A stretch of DNA of 64,000 nucleotides, taken from assembly GCA_001179505.1 (NCBI GenBank), contig CDMY01000357.1, positions 39,188 to 103,187 of the forward strand, in the 5' to 3' direction. The DNA comes from Vitrella brassicaformis CCMP3155. Its lineage: Eukaryota > Protista > Chromerida. The notes beneath the pieces were generated by a model. The model was not told where the DNA came from and ran no database searches. It worked only from the letters and a program-made list of their open reading frames with translations. The translations under genes were made by a program, and so were the position numbers. Below are positions 12,860-29,364 of the stretch, in pieces (position 1 is the first letter of the stretch; each line of letters begins with the position of its first letter).

Positions 12860-14613
12860 ATGGAGGCCAAGTCAGTGCCTTGTCAAGGTTTGCCCAGCAA
12901 GGGTGATGATGATCCGCCGCCGTCGAATCATCGACTGCTGGGGCCTCTCTTGTCCATCGGCGACACTGTGGTTCTCGAGAAAGGCGAGGAGCGAGGCCTG
13001 CCCATCCTCTCCCTGGCTTATTCCCTAGTGCTGGCCCGGGTCTGCGATGCAATGGTCAAGAGACTGCCACTCGAGGAAATCATGAAGACCATGATGCGGA
13101 ATATGTTCGGTGAGGGAGGGCAACGGTGTGTGTGCATGATTGAGTGAGTGACTCTGTACGTGTGTGCCTTTGAATTGTGTTTGTGGTTGGTTCAGGGTTC
13201 ATCATATGGGAGTTCAAGGATGAGGACACATCGCAAAAGCACGGCCATTCTGTGGTGCTTCACATCTTCCCAAGTATAGACACATGCATGAAGGCACATG
13301 CAGACGGGAGGGCGAAGGAGAGGCCATGACCTGTCCCTCGCTTGATTGCTTGTTTGCACGTCGTATGTTATGTGTGCCTTCAGAGATTGTGGATGGGTCG
13401 TTAGAGTATCCGCATTGCCACAAGAGAAACTGGTCAGTCAGTGCACATACTGTTTCCTCATTAATTCATTCATTCATTCATTCTTTGCCATTGGTTGGGT
13501 GTCCGGTGTGTCAGGTCCTCAATCAACATGCACGGCACATACCAGCACATCCTCTACAGCTTCCTCAAACACGACACCGGTAAGCCTCGCAGTGCGCCGT
13601 GCGATGCGTTGCACTGCAGGGTCGGTCATACTCATTGCGAACGTTACTCAGGCGAGGCCATCACGCCGGATCTGTCGCTGCCCGGCCACGCTGCTGAGTG
13701 TCCGCAGCAGAACCTGAAGCTCTTCGAGCACGAGATGGAGACGGGCTGCCATTTCAAAGGACCTGTGAGGGTCGACGCAGTGCAGGTAGGCCGGGGCGTG
13801 TCAACACGTACTCGAGACGGACGCCTGTGCGCCTTGTGTGTGGGGATGATCAGGAGTTCACCTACAAGAAGGGTGTGCTGCAGTATATGGACAAGCGTGT
13901 GCCGCATCGATTGGACAAATACGGTAGGGGGGGAATGGGCAATCGACGAGCCTCCGAGCCTGCCTCCGTATTATGGCTGGTTGTTTGTGTGTCTGCAGAG
14001 AACACGTTCAGTCTGAATGTTCGTGGCCCGCTGGACCCTACACTCAACACGCTATTTACCGTTCTCAACTACAAACCCCTCCCACAGGTGGTTGCCTCAT
14101 TCACTCCCAGGAAATCATCGCACTACACACATATACATGCATTCCATTCCCATCTCGTGTGTGGGCGGATGGGTGGGGCGGATGGGTGGGTGGATGGGTG
14201 CAGAATGCGGACAAGCAGTGGCAGGTGCCGCTGTCATCCCTAGAGCACGCCTCAGAGATCATCCGCCTTGTCACCGCAACACTCGCCGATCCCGATCTCT
14301 CTGCGTTCGCGGCGATGGGTGGCGATGCGGCCAAGCTGGCGTCTCTGCCGATCGACGAGGCGTTCCGCTATGCCGTGACGATCGTCAGCGGCTTCGAGGA
14401 CAGGTACGTGACCATTACAATCAAGGCGGCCGACACACACATGACATGACATGACATGACATGGTCTGTGTGGCTGTGTAGGTTCCCCCTTGTGATGCCT
14501 CTGGACAAGGGCGGTACGATGAAGGCTGGCGTGGTGACGGGTGAGGCCGTCAGGGGCCTCGTCTACCACAGCCTCAGGACCATGCCCGAGGTCCGAGTGC
14601 CGGAGCATGTGTA
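12860..14613 (+). CDS. Hypothetical protein, about 8 exons; start uncertain
   Basis: GT-AG exons join in frame: MEAKSVPCQGL...MRNMF|GFIIWEFKDEDTSQKHGHSVVLHIFP|KIVDGSLEYPHCHKRNW|SSINMHGTYQHILYSF...|EFTYKKGVLQYMDKRVPHRLDKY|ENTFSLNVRGPLDP...VRVPEHV*. Confidence 0.65.
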
Positions 14614-15064
14614 GCTAAGCAGCTGGGGAGAGAGGCAGAAGAAGACATGCAGCTGCGGCACGGGCCGGATCAGCTTGGATCATGCAGGTTCTTTCTCTTT
14701 CACTCGTTTATCTAATCGTGCTGTTTGAGATTTTGGTCGTCTCGCGTGCTTGTCTCGATTGATGCGCCTCTATTGTGTGAGCGCGAGGTTTTGTGTGTGC
14801 ACGTTGTACTGTTTGTGGGAAGGGGGCAGTGCCTGGCCTGTGTCTTATCTTCGCCCTGTGCGTGCGTAGTGAGTGGCCAATGGCTGGGGCGGATTGGATT
14901 GCGCCGACCACGTGTGTGCTGTGTGGCGCCTCTTGGATGCTTGGATGAGTCCAGTCCCCCTCGCATAGCAAACGGGATGTATCTAATCTCAGACATGTTT
15001 ACGAGCAAAGTGCCTGTTTAATCATTCATTGTACATTCAGTCGGTCGATGAGTCAATCGATCAC

Positions 15065-18679
<3,615 letters not shown>

Positions 18680-19554
18680 TACATATATATGAGCGATGAT
18701 GTGTGGAGATCGATGCCAGCTAGCCTAGCTGCCTGTGTGTTTTTCTGTCGTGGTGTGGCGAAGTCGGTCTGTGTTGACTTTTGTTTGTTTGTTTGTTGTG
18801 TACATAATTAAGTGTGTGGACGGCCGGCCGGACGCGGACACGGCGGAGCCAAACAAGGGATTGTTGTGTTGTGAGCCAAGAGAACCATTCACACAAATTC
18901 ATCCATACCTCCATCCATTGAGCGTTGCGTCCAGACAGGCCTGTCTGTCTGTCTGTCTGCACAACGATTCGATTGCATGAAAGTATTCAGCCGTCTCGTA
19001 CGATCCACCCACCCCGCGAGCAAGCAATGCAATGCAATGGAGCCGAGCCAGCAATGGCAATGAAGGAGCCATTCATTCATTCACACAGATGTAGTCACAA
19101 ATAAGTGTAGACAGACCGACATGCAATCAATGCACACCAACCCCCTCTAGTCGCGTTTGTTCACAGGCATCCATCCGTTGTGTACACTGTGGCCACTGAG
19201 GCGAGCCCAAAGAACGAATGAGTGGACCCATCCATCAAAGAGGGGAGGGATAGAGGGGGGGAGGGCGGGAGGGAAAGGGATAATAAGAGTGCCTCAACAA
19301 TACAATACACACACCGCGCATGGCCTGCACACCACACGGCCCTCCCTTTGATTGATAACATCCACATATATGCCGGCCCTTAAGGTATTCATGTCATGTG
19401 TTGTGTGGCATCCATTCATCCACCCATCCTCCCCCCGTCCCACTAAACATTGACGGCCCACGCACGCACCACTCGACGAGAGGGGGAGCGATGGAATGAA
19501 CGATACGGGATCGATGCGGTGGTGGTGCTGCCATACACGTATGTATGTGTCCAT

Positions 19555-22130
19555 TTATTTAATAGCGCGGTAGACCTGCCGCGTGACAATATAAGGCGTG
19601 CTCTCAACCTTGTGGTACCTGCAGCCATCCATCCATCCATCCACACGACAGACAACCAACAACCAACGCTCTGGAGCGAGCTCTGCCAGTNNNNNNNNNN
19701 NNNNNNNNNNNNNNNNNNNNNNNNNNNNNNNNNNNNNNNNNNNNNNNNNNNNNNNNNNNNNNNNNNNNNNNNNNNNNNNNNNNNNNNNNNNNNNNNNNNN
19801 NNNNNNNNNNNNNNNNNNNNNNNNNNNNNNNNNNNNNNNNNNNNNNNNNNNNNNNNNNNNNNNNNNNNNNNNNNNNNNNNNNNNNNNNNNNNNNNNNNNN
19901 NNNNNNNNNNNNNNNNNNNNNNNNNNNNNNNNNNNNNNNNNNNNNNNNNNNNNNNNNNNNNNNNNNNNNNNNNNNNNNNNNNNNNNNNNNCCCCCCCCCC
20001 CCTCCCCATCCCGTCCCCCTGTTAACACACTTACGTACCATGCCATGGGCTGATCGCAGAATGGGCATTTGCGCCTGTCGGCGTGCACCTTCTTGGCGCA
20101 AATGTAGCAGATATCACCGTGGCCACACTCCATTATCACAGTGTCACACACACGATCGTTGCATACTGACACACACATAGCATACACACACACACACACA
20201 TCCAAAGAGCGGTATGTCTGTATGTGTTTGTGGACGTGTGTGTCTGTGTGTCTGTGTGCTGCTTAGTGTGTGTGTGGTGTGGTGTGAGGCCTCCCTCCCT
20301 CCCTCCCTCCCTGCTCACTGGGGCACTCTCCCGTTTGGCTGCCGGGCGTCACGTGTCCCGCCTCTGCGTGTGCCGTCGACTCGGCCAGCAGGGGGGTCTT
20401 CTCGGTCGCACTCAGCCGACTCACATCAGACGGCATCGCCACACCACCCTCCCCCCCAGCAGCTGCGGCAGCATGTTTGGACCCGGTGGCCTCCCCTTCA
20501 ACAGCCCCTGTGGTGGTGCTCGTGGTCGTGGTCGCGCGCAGAGACGTGAGTGCCCCCCCGATGCCCAGAAAGGAGAACACGCCCCCGCCGCCCTCCTGCG
20601 TCTTCTTGGCTGGCGCATCGCTTGGGACGATCTCCTTGAGAGGCCCGGTGTACCGCCTGTACACGGCCCGCCTCACTCGCTGCAGATACCGGGGTCTGCG
20701 GTAGCCGGGTGGAGGGCGCACGGGGGGTTTGTAGTAGGGGGACGCCTGCATGAACTGCCGCACGGACTCGACAAAGACGGCCGATGCGATGCCGGCCAAG
20801 AGGCATGTGATGAGTACTAGAGGGATGATGAGCCAGTGAGGGGTGAGGGGCGAGACGCTGTCCGGGCTGTCCAACCACCATGAGAAGTCCATGACCCAGT
20901 AGGCCAGCATCAGGATGGTTGGCACGGTGATGAGCACCACCAGAGCGGCGTTGAGGCGCCGTTCGGCCAGAGGGGTGTCGGGCTGGTTGGTCAACTCAGC
21001 GTAGGCGAACAGCATTCCCGTGATGAACATTGCACCTGCACACACACACACACACACACACACATCGACACGCATACGCACATTGAACGCTTTAACGGAA
21101 TGGAAGGGCCTTCACTGCTTTTGTGTCTGTGTGTGTCTGTGTCACTAACTCACTGACCGAGTAGAACCAGTAGCGGGGTGAATGCCGGCAGCCATGTCTG
21201 TGATAGATAGCCGTCGACTTTCAGTATGATCAGCAGCAGCTGGGTAAACGGCCAACTGCATCCATCCATCCATCCACACAAGAATGAGAGGGAGGCATTT
21301 CGTGTACATCGGCGGCCCGGCCGACATCCCTTCCTTCTTGATTCGCTTGATTGACTTACACGTGCAGTGCCTGCACAGTGTCGGGCACCCACATCCTGCA
21401 GGCATCAACGAACCAATGAATGCCACAACACACCATACCACACACAACTCTTCAACAGGCTGCCTCCCCTGGCCCACCAACGCACCCCCCCACCCACCAG
21501 CTGTAGTGTCTATCCATGACGTATGCGACGATTGCGTTGACGAGTCTGGCCATGGTGCAGGGCACTATGGCCATACTCAGTGTGTGCACCTGCACCCAGG
21601 CACTCGCCCCCAGGTACCAGCACCACACCAAACCGATGCTGCTGACGTCCAGCACCGTCTCGAGGGTCCGCAGGGCCACCAGTATGCGGTGGACCGACAC
21701 GAAGGATCCGCCCCACCTGCCCGCCAGCAGCTCGGTGATGCCGCACACCACCTTGCCGTCCAGCAGACGGGCCACCAACACTACCACCAAGTAGCCGTGC
21801 CACGGCCATTTCAACACCTTCAGCACCTTCAAATAGCAGAAGAACTGCATTGGTGCATGACATGACACACAGAGTGATGGAGGGAATTCATCCTGCATGT
21901 TGTTCACGATGCGATGGATGGCAAATGAATGATCGGCTTACGGATACAAGGAATGCAGCCACGGCCGCGATGCACTGTCTGGCGCTGCGTGAAAGGGTCT
22001 CCATGAGGGTCTCGTTGTACAGCCACTGCCCTTGCTGGGGGGCGGGCTGCAGCTGCGGTGCCTCCTGCTGCTGGCCATTGGCTTGTGGCGGTGGCTCGGC
22101 AATGTTGACGCCTGCTTCAGCAGCAGCCAT
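19555..22130 (-). CDS. Multi-pass membrane protein (TMEM185-like TM repeats) with C-terminal RING finger; putative membrane E3 ligase. Alternative in-frame ATG at 22160
   Basis: Hydrophobic helices with LKVLKVLKWPW and QLLLIILKVDGYLSQTWLPAFTPL (LK.D...W..F.PL pattern recalled for TMEM185-type repeats). Spliced RING: ECPICNDRVCDTVIMECGHGDICYICAKKVHADRRKCPFC. An assembly gap lies in the last intron. Confidence 0.75.
19691..19990. other. Assembly gap (300 N)
   Basis: Run of 300 N followed by a poly-C tract. Confidence 1.
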
Positions 22131-22317
22131 CGATGACAAACTACTCCCGCCTTCTCCCATTCAAGCTCGCAGGAGCAGAAGAGCAGGAGAGAAATAGGTA
22201 GGCAGGCGGCACACCTCCTGCACGCGAATGTGTATGTCGGTGTTTTGTTTGTTTCTTATATGTACACCAAAGGTCAGGTGACTGAGAGTCTTTCGCCATC
22301 GGTCCATCGTTTCAGCC

Positions 22318-23211
22318 ATGATAGGAGCAGGTGCGCAACGTAGCAAACAACACAAGCAAGAATTGCAAGAGAAACCACACACACATGCGAATTGTCTTTC
22401 ATCCGCATGGCGTCACTCACTGTGTGTTGGCTCCGTCCCTCCCGCCCTCTCTGTCTGCTGTGTGTGTGACGGCGCTGCTCAGGCATGGGTTCGTTCCCGT
22501 TTGTGTCGCCGTCTGAGCGGTGCCTGCAGATCGGGAAGCTGTTCAAGGTCCTGTTGATCGTTGAGGCAGTGGTGCTGGTGGCCATGCTGCTGTTCACGCC
22601 GTTCGAGCTGTGGATCCTGCTGCAGCTGATATCGGTGGGTTTGGGGTGGTGGGCCATCAAGGACGAGGTGGCCTACCGCCCGCCATTCGTCCAGACGTAC
22701 GTCTTCCTCACCGTCCTGGGCTTCATCTTCGCCGCCATCGGGTTCGCCCAGTGGATGGGGGACACCATCAACAAAGCCAGCACCCCCTTGATCATCATCA
22801 CCGTCATATACGGGTGCTTCTCGCTCTTTCTTATCGTCTGTTGCCGCTTCTCGTGGGTTCTTTACAAAGAAATGCTCTCGTGCGAACCAACCGGGCTGCA
22901 GATGGGGGCCTTCGGCCAAATGGGTGGCGGGGCGGGTCAGTCCCAGATGCAGCAGCCCGGTAGCGGCTACACCACATCGTATGCGGGCGGCGGGAGCTAC
23001 TCGCAGGACCCGGCCGGGTCGCAGCCCTCACCCACCGGGGCGGGCGGGCCGACCGGCGGCAGACAAACCACAGGATTCGTACCATTCCAGGCACGGCAGG
23101 GCAGGGTGGACACACAACACAGGGGGTGCAAGCAATCTAATCTGCTGTGCTGTGTCGTGTTGTCTTGTCTGGTGTGGTTTGCTTCAGGGTGAGGGCCACA
23201 GGCTGGGTTGA
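22318..23211 (+). CDS. Small 4-TM membrane protein with Gly/Gln/Ser-rich tail and C-terminal SHP box (p97/Cdc48-binding motif)
   Basis: MIGAG|MGSFPFVSP..., four hydrophobic segments, then ...TTGFVPFQ|GEGHRLG*. FQGEGHRLG matches the SHP consensus FxGxGxxLG when the GC donor at 23091 is used. Confidence 0.72.
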
Positions 23212-24826
23212 GTGGGTGAGGATCAACGCCGTTTGGACCGACCGACCGACCGGTGTTTGCAATGCTAGGGGGGGCTCTCTCTGTTTTGACTGTAGCTAGC
23301 CAGCCAGCTCCGTGGACGACGGCAGGCACGTGTGACGTGTGTGTGTTGTTTCTCGGTGACGACTGACTGATGAATTCATGCATGGCCATCCATTGCATGA
23401 GTGGCGTGATTTTAATTCATCGTTGCTCATGTGGCCTTGCCCTGGCTGGGGCCACCCACCATCCATCCATTCATCAGTCAGTCCTTGGTCCCATCGATCA
23501 ATCAATAGGTCCGTCCGTCACACAACACACAGACATGAGAGGTGAGCACATCACATAGATCATCTAGCAAATAGTCCATCCAGTCCATCCCCTCCAGCCG
23601 CACCCACCGCACATGTCAGTCATGTGTGCTGTGGTGTGCACGTACGTATGCAGAAAGTTAGTAAGCAGTTCCTGGCCTGCCTGTGCCTGTCGCTGCACTG
23701 CAATCCACTCGGCCATCATCATGCCATGCCTCCGTCGGTTCGAACCGACGTGCTGCATCCTTCCATGAGTCACTCGCCTGGCGGGCTGGCTGGGCACGTG
23801 AGAGAAAAAAGACAGCCAGCCATTGCAATCAATGCATATGGATGGATGATCGATCAGATGCACGCGCCTCTGGTGGGTCGGTGGGTTGTTGAAATAAAGC
23901 AACCTGTGGCTGGCTGGCTGACTGACAGACAGATGGACAGACGGCCGTATAGCATCCCTCTCGTGTGCGGGTGACTAAAAATAGCACCGTCCCACAACCC
24001 ACCTCACACTGGCGGAAAAAACGTGTCCGCGTCGCTTCACATCCCTGTCCGCACACCCATTGATTGCTGCTATCAAGACATGAAGGGGAGGGCGTATGCA
24101 GGCTGTGTGGTGATGCGCAATGTGGGTCCCGTCCCGCAAGCAAAGCAAGGCAAAAAAGGGTCCATCCATCCATCGGTACGTCATCCATCCATCGAAAGCA
24201 CAAAGGTAGGTGAGAAAAACGGCCAAGGCGGACGGGCGTACACAAGATGGGTAATGTATTGTATGTATAGCACTAGTAGTAGAGACAGACAGACATGCAG
24301 ACTTCTGGCTAGATCACACACTCACAGGTACAGAAAGTGACTTCGGTCCATCAATCCATCTCTCTCCCTACTTGGTTCGTTTGGTGCCTCACTCCACTCA
24401 TTTGGTCCGTCCACTCCATGCCACCCGATGATAAATATTCCCTCCCTCTCTCTCCGTTGGCTGCCTGCTACTCGTCACAGAGGCTCTATCTGTCTGTCCG
24501 CTACTCGAGCACTCATCGGTGCGGCCCTGTAGGACTCCCTCCCTCCCTCCCTACCTAACTCCCATTCGCTCAGGTGCGCACACACGCATAGCATAAACAA
24601 ACAACCAGACAGCGGTGCACACAAACAGACACTCACGCGCAGACACACACACGCACCACGCACTCACTGGCAGACAGGCTCCCTCCCTCCCTCTCCCTCC
24701 CAGGCAGGCAGGCAGGCAGGCAGGGACGCAAAACTGGTGGATAAACTGCCGGGTGGCCCGTCACGTATGTCTGTCTGCCTGGATGTCTGTATGACTTGCG
24801 TGCGAGTATGTTGTGTTTTGTTGTGT

Positions 24827-26828
24827 TTAGTAGACGTATTTCTTCTCGTACAGCGACTCGCCCGCACCGCCGCCGCCAGCACCACCTGATGCACCACACC
24901 ACACCACAAGCACACACAGGTGCAGTGCAGTGCAGTGCAGTGCAGCGCAGCGCAGACAGATGCCCCCGCCTGGAATACCGCCGCCCGCCTCACTCACTGA
25001 CTGACCTTGGTATTTGCCGAGTTGTGCCTGGCTGTTGGCCTTGGCGCGCTCCAAAAACACCGTCTGTGCCTTGCCCACATTCTCGGGCTTGCCTGACACA
25101 CACACATACACATACACATACAAACTGACTGACTCGTGTGTGTGAGTGGTATAGGTGCGGTGCGGTGGTTCCATGGGTGTGTATCTATGTATCTGTGGTC
25201 TGTACGTACGTACCTCCCCAGGCCTTGAGTGCGGATGCCTGTAGTGCGCGGCCGTACGAGAAGCTGAGGGCGAAGGGGTGGGGGCCGCGCTTGTTCATGG
25301 CGTTGAGGTTCACCGACGCCTCCTCCTCAGACTGACCACCCGACAAAAACATCACTCCTACACAAGCAACACATACATAAGGATACAACACAGCACACAG
25401 ACGTACAAAGTGCTGCTGGTGGTGGCGGTACATTGTTGACTGACTAGCTGACTGACCGACGAGTGAGGGTGGCACGGTGCGGTAGAGGGTGCGGACGGTG
25501 TAGAAGGCAATCTCGCCAGCGTCTGCCTTCTTCGGGCACTCTACATCACACACACACACACACACACACAGGTCCGTCATCGCCTCTGTGGGGGGTCTGT
25601 GTGTGTGGTGTGCTGTCGTGTGGCCATCCCACCCATAGGGACCTACCAGCTCCGGGTGTGACCATGTTGGGTTTGAGGAGGCACCCCTCGAGCAGCACAT
25701 GGTGGTCGTGCAGTGCCTTGAACTGAGCCGCCAGGACCTTCTCAGTCACCTCAGCGCAGTACTCGATGTCGTGGTCGCCGTCCGTCAAAATCTCGGGCTC
25801 CACGATCGGCACCAACTTGTTCTCCTGGCAGATGGCCGCATAACTACAACCAACCAAACCATCCACCGCACCCAGCAGGACATACACATTGACACAGACA
25901 TGATACGTACGCAAGGCAGCTCAGCTGGGTCCCAGCTGTCCCAGCTGCCTGGTGGGCGTTGCTGCGAGAGTACCGCGCGAGTGTGTGTGCGGTTTCCTGG
26001 ATGGAGAGGTTGGAGGGTTTGCCGGCGGCCTTGTCGATGGTCAGCACGGCACGCCACTTAGCGAACCGAGCACCCTGGTTGTAGTAGTCCTGGCAACGCT
26101 TCCCCAGACCATCCAGACCCTGAAGAACAACACAACACAACACACATTCAGACAACCCGATGAAAGGCGCATCGGTCGTGTCGTGTGGAATGTCCCTCCC
26201 TCCCTCCCTCCCTCCCTCACCTGTGTGGCGGTCTCTCCGTCGCTGAGTGGGAGTGGCACGAGGCCCTTGTCGACCTTGATGCCCGGGATGATGCCCTCGG
26301 CCTTGAGCAGGTCCACCATGGCCTCGCCGTTGGCCGTCTTCTGGTACAGGGTCTCCTCGAAGAGAATGGCGCCGCTGATATACTCGCCGCAGCCCTTGGC
26401 CTTGAACAGCAACTCGCGGTACGCCGCGCGGTTTTGCTCCGTGTTCTCCACATTGATGCCGTCGAAACGCTTCTTGATCGTCCCTGTCGACTCGTCGGCT
26501 GCCAATATGCCCTTGCCTGACACAAACACACACACAAGCACAAATGCAGTGGGGCGGCCTAGTGTTGTGGACGAATGTCTGCCTGATAGCGCACCTGGTG
26601 TGGCGATGGCCTCGGCATTGGCCACGAGCTCCTTGGCGATCTCCTGGTCAATCTTCACCTGCACACAAGCACACACACAGCCACCACACGCATTCACGAC
26701 GTGTCAGCACCGCTCGCGTCAGTGAACAGATGCCGTCAACTTTCGGGCGGCGGGCGGCGCCTTTCGCCTTCCCCCCCAGCCTGTGAGTCCCCCCTGCCCG
26801 CCTGCGTGCATCGCCTCCCTCTCACCAT
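24827..26828 (-). CDS. FBA: Fructose-bisphosphate aldolase class I, cytosolic type; the first coding exon is ATG only
   Basis: [56 protein letters not shown] (Schiff-base Lys), [21 protein letters not shown]-terminal [12 protein letters not shown]|GTGAG at 26828-26826. Confidence 0.96.
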
Positions 26829-27143
26829 GGTGTCTCAGCCGTGTGTGTCGTACGGTGGTTCACGGGAGAGTCGTGAGATGGAAGGCGCGCACAGAACGCA
26901 GCTGGTTGAGAAGAGTACGACGCAGACAGACAACCGAGGCAGATCTTTCGCGACCTCACTTCCCGTCTGCGAGCTAGCCGAGAGAGCGACGCCTGTGCAA
27001 GATAGCTGCCAGCAGCTCGTCAGCAGGCTGTGGATCTTCAAAGGTTCCAGCTCATCTCGCTCAGCAACCACAGCATTCATCGCCCTCAGCTGCATAGCCC
27101 GGCGGATTGACGTGAGTGCACTGTGCATTCATGGATCATCAGC

Positions 27144-28888
27144 ATGTCTGAGGCAGGTGCCTTCACAGCTCCGCCCTGCCCGGCCATCGAATCCCGCCGC
27201 AGTGAGGTGATGTCACTGGTGCGCCGGGCGGTGGCGGGGGATGGGTGCGGCAGGGTGGTGGTGGTGACGTCTGGCGGCACCACAGTGCCCCTCGAGAAGA
27301 ACACGGTGCGATTCATCGACAACTTCAGCTCGGGGCTCAGAGGCGCTGCCGCCACAGAGTGAGCTGCACCATCGGTTGCTTGACGGATGGGTTGACTTGA
27401 CGTGTGTCTGTCTGCCTGCCTGCCTGCAGGTATTTTTTGGAGTCGGGTTGTAGTGTGGTGCTGTTCAGTCGGGATTCTGCCATCCACCCGTTTGTGAGGC
27501 ACCTGCACACAGGACCCCTCAACTGCAGGCAAGCAAGAGGGACGACACAGGGCAGGGGGCGGGCCGTCGACATGTGTGTGTCTGTATGTGTGTGATGTGT
27601 GCTAAGTGCTGTTTTGGCTGTGTGCAGTCTGCTGGATCGCATCGAGGCACATGGCACACCAGACGCCGACAAGCAGACAGGTCGGTCAACGGGTAGGTGG
27701 GTTGTCAATGTGGGTGTGGTGTGGACCCACCACAGCACTGTGTGTGTGTGGATCGATGGATGCAGTCTGTCTGCGGCCAGCGTCTGACAGCTTCCATCGT
27801 GCCCTTGACCTCTACAAGAGGACCCGCGATCGATTTGTCCAGATAAACTTCCAGTCCGTCACGGAATACCTCTTTGGCCTGCAGTAGGACACACACACAC
27901 ACAGAGTACACATCAAATCACCCCAGCCACGTACATATCCCTTCCTCTGGCTGGCTGTAGGATGTTGTCTGAGGTGTGCGAGCCGTTGGGGGCAGGTGCG
28001 GCCTTCTTTCTTGCAGCCGCCGTGTCCGACTATTTCATACCCCCACAACAAATGGTCAGTCAGCCACCCAGGCGACCCCTTGCGGACGGACTCACACACG
28101 CCACGCACACACGCACGGACGCGACGAGCATGGACAGGACGGCTGAATGAATGTGTGTGTGTGTTTGTCAGTCCGAGCACAAGATTGACAGTCGGTCTGG
28201 CGAGGGCCTCGACCTCCACCTCAGCCAAGTCCCCAAGCTACTGTAAGCACCGCACGTAACACAAACACCTCTCGTCGGAAGTGTCTGTCGATGATGGATG
28301 GACGGATGCCGTCATTGGGTGCATGTATGTGATGCGTGCACTGCAGTGGTATGATCCGCGACAAGGCACCCAAGGCATTCATTGTGGGCTTCAAGGTAAG
28401 TAAGGTGCACATGACATGCATCCATCCCATCCCCACACCCGGCCATTGGTTGATTGGCACACACGGTGTGTGTGGCGGGTGTGTGCGTGTGTGTTTGCCG
28501 ACAGTTGGAGACGGATCTGTCTCTGCTGAAGCCCAAGGCATGCAGATCACTCGCCAAATACAACCTCGACATGGTTGGCACACACACACGCACACGCACA
28601 CGCACACGGACAAGAGCGCACCGCACCCTCCATGCATGCCCTTTGTGCAGGTGATAGGGAACGAGCTGCACACGCGGCGCGACAAGGTGGTGTTCTTCTT
28701 GCCACAGGAGCGGGAAATCACCATCACACGGACAGGCGAGGTGAGCAGCACAGGTGATCGGACATGCATGATACTTCATGTGCTGCTGCTGTGTGTGTGT
28801 GTGTACCTTGTAGGTTGAGCTGGAGAGGAGTATAGTGGAGCGGTTCAACGAGCTGCATGCCGCAAAGATAGAGACAGAGGCACAATAA
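27144..28888 (+). CDS. PPCS: Phosphopantothenate-cysteine ligase (CoA biosynthesis, eukaryotic PPCS)
   Basis: [83 protein letters not shown]. Confidence 0.93.
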
Positions 28889-29364
28889 ATAGCCTTCAAT
28901 GCCAGCCAGGAGGGGAGAGAGACAGCCTCGGAGCTCTCCTCGCCCACAAATTGTTGGTTGAGAGGGCAAACAAGCAATGTCTTGCGACGCTCTGCATACT
29001 TGATGAATGCAGCCCTGAGTTCGTGTTAAACATATTAGTGGCCGGGCGGTCGACATGTCGTGGCTCCTGCGAGTCACTGAGCATACGCTGCATTCAGTCA
29101 GTCAGTCCATCGGCCACCCGTGTGTCGCCAGCATGTACGTACGTACGTACGCACAGCACACAACGCATACACACAGACCACACAGATTGATTCTCATGCG
29201 GTACAGAAGAAACAACCATTTGTGCCAGCCGCCCAGCCCAAGGCTACAGCCCATCCATTCATCAACCTCACCCTCACTCACACAACGAACGGCGAAAGTG
29301 GCATACCCATCAGTCAGTCCCACTCCCCTCGGCCTCCCCGCCCGTGTCTCATGTAATACAGCTA

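Noticed and set aside
19443-20205. ORFs containing long X runs (also 43927-44727)
   Set aside because: They are artefacts of translating through the 300-N gaps.
23300-24800. Many short ORFs between the SHP protein and aldolase
   Set aside because: Microsatellite-rich convergent 3' UTR or intergenic sequence with no coherent exon chain.
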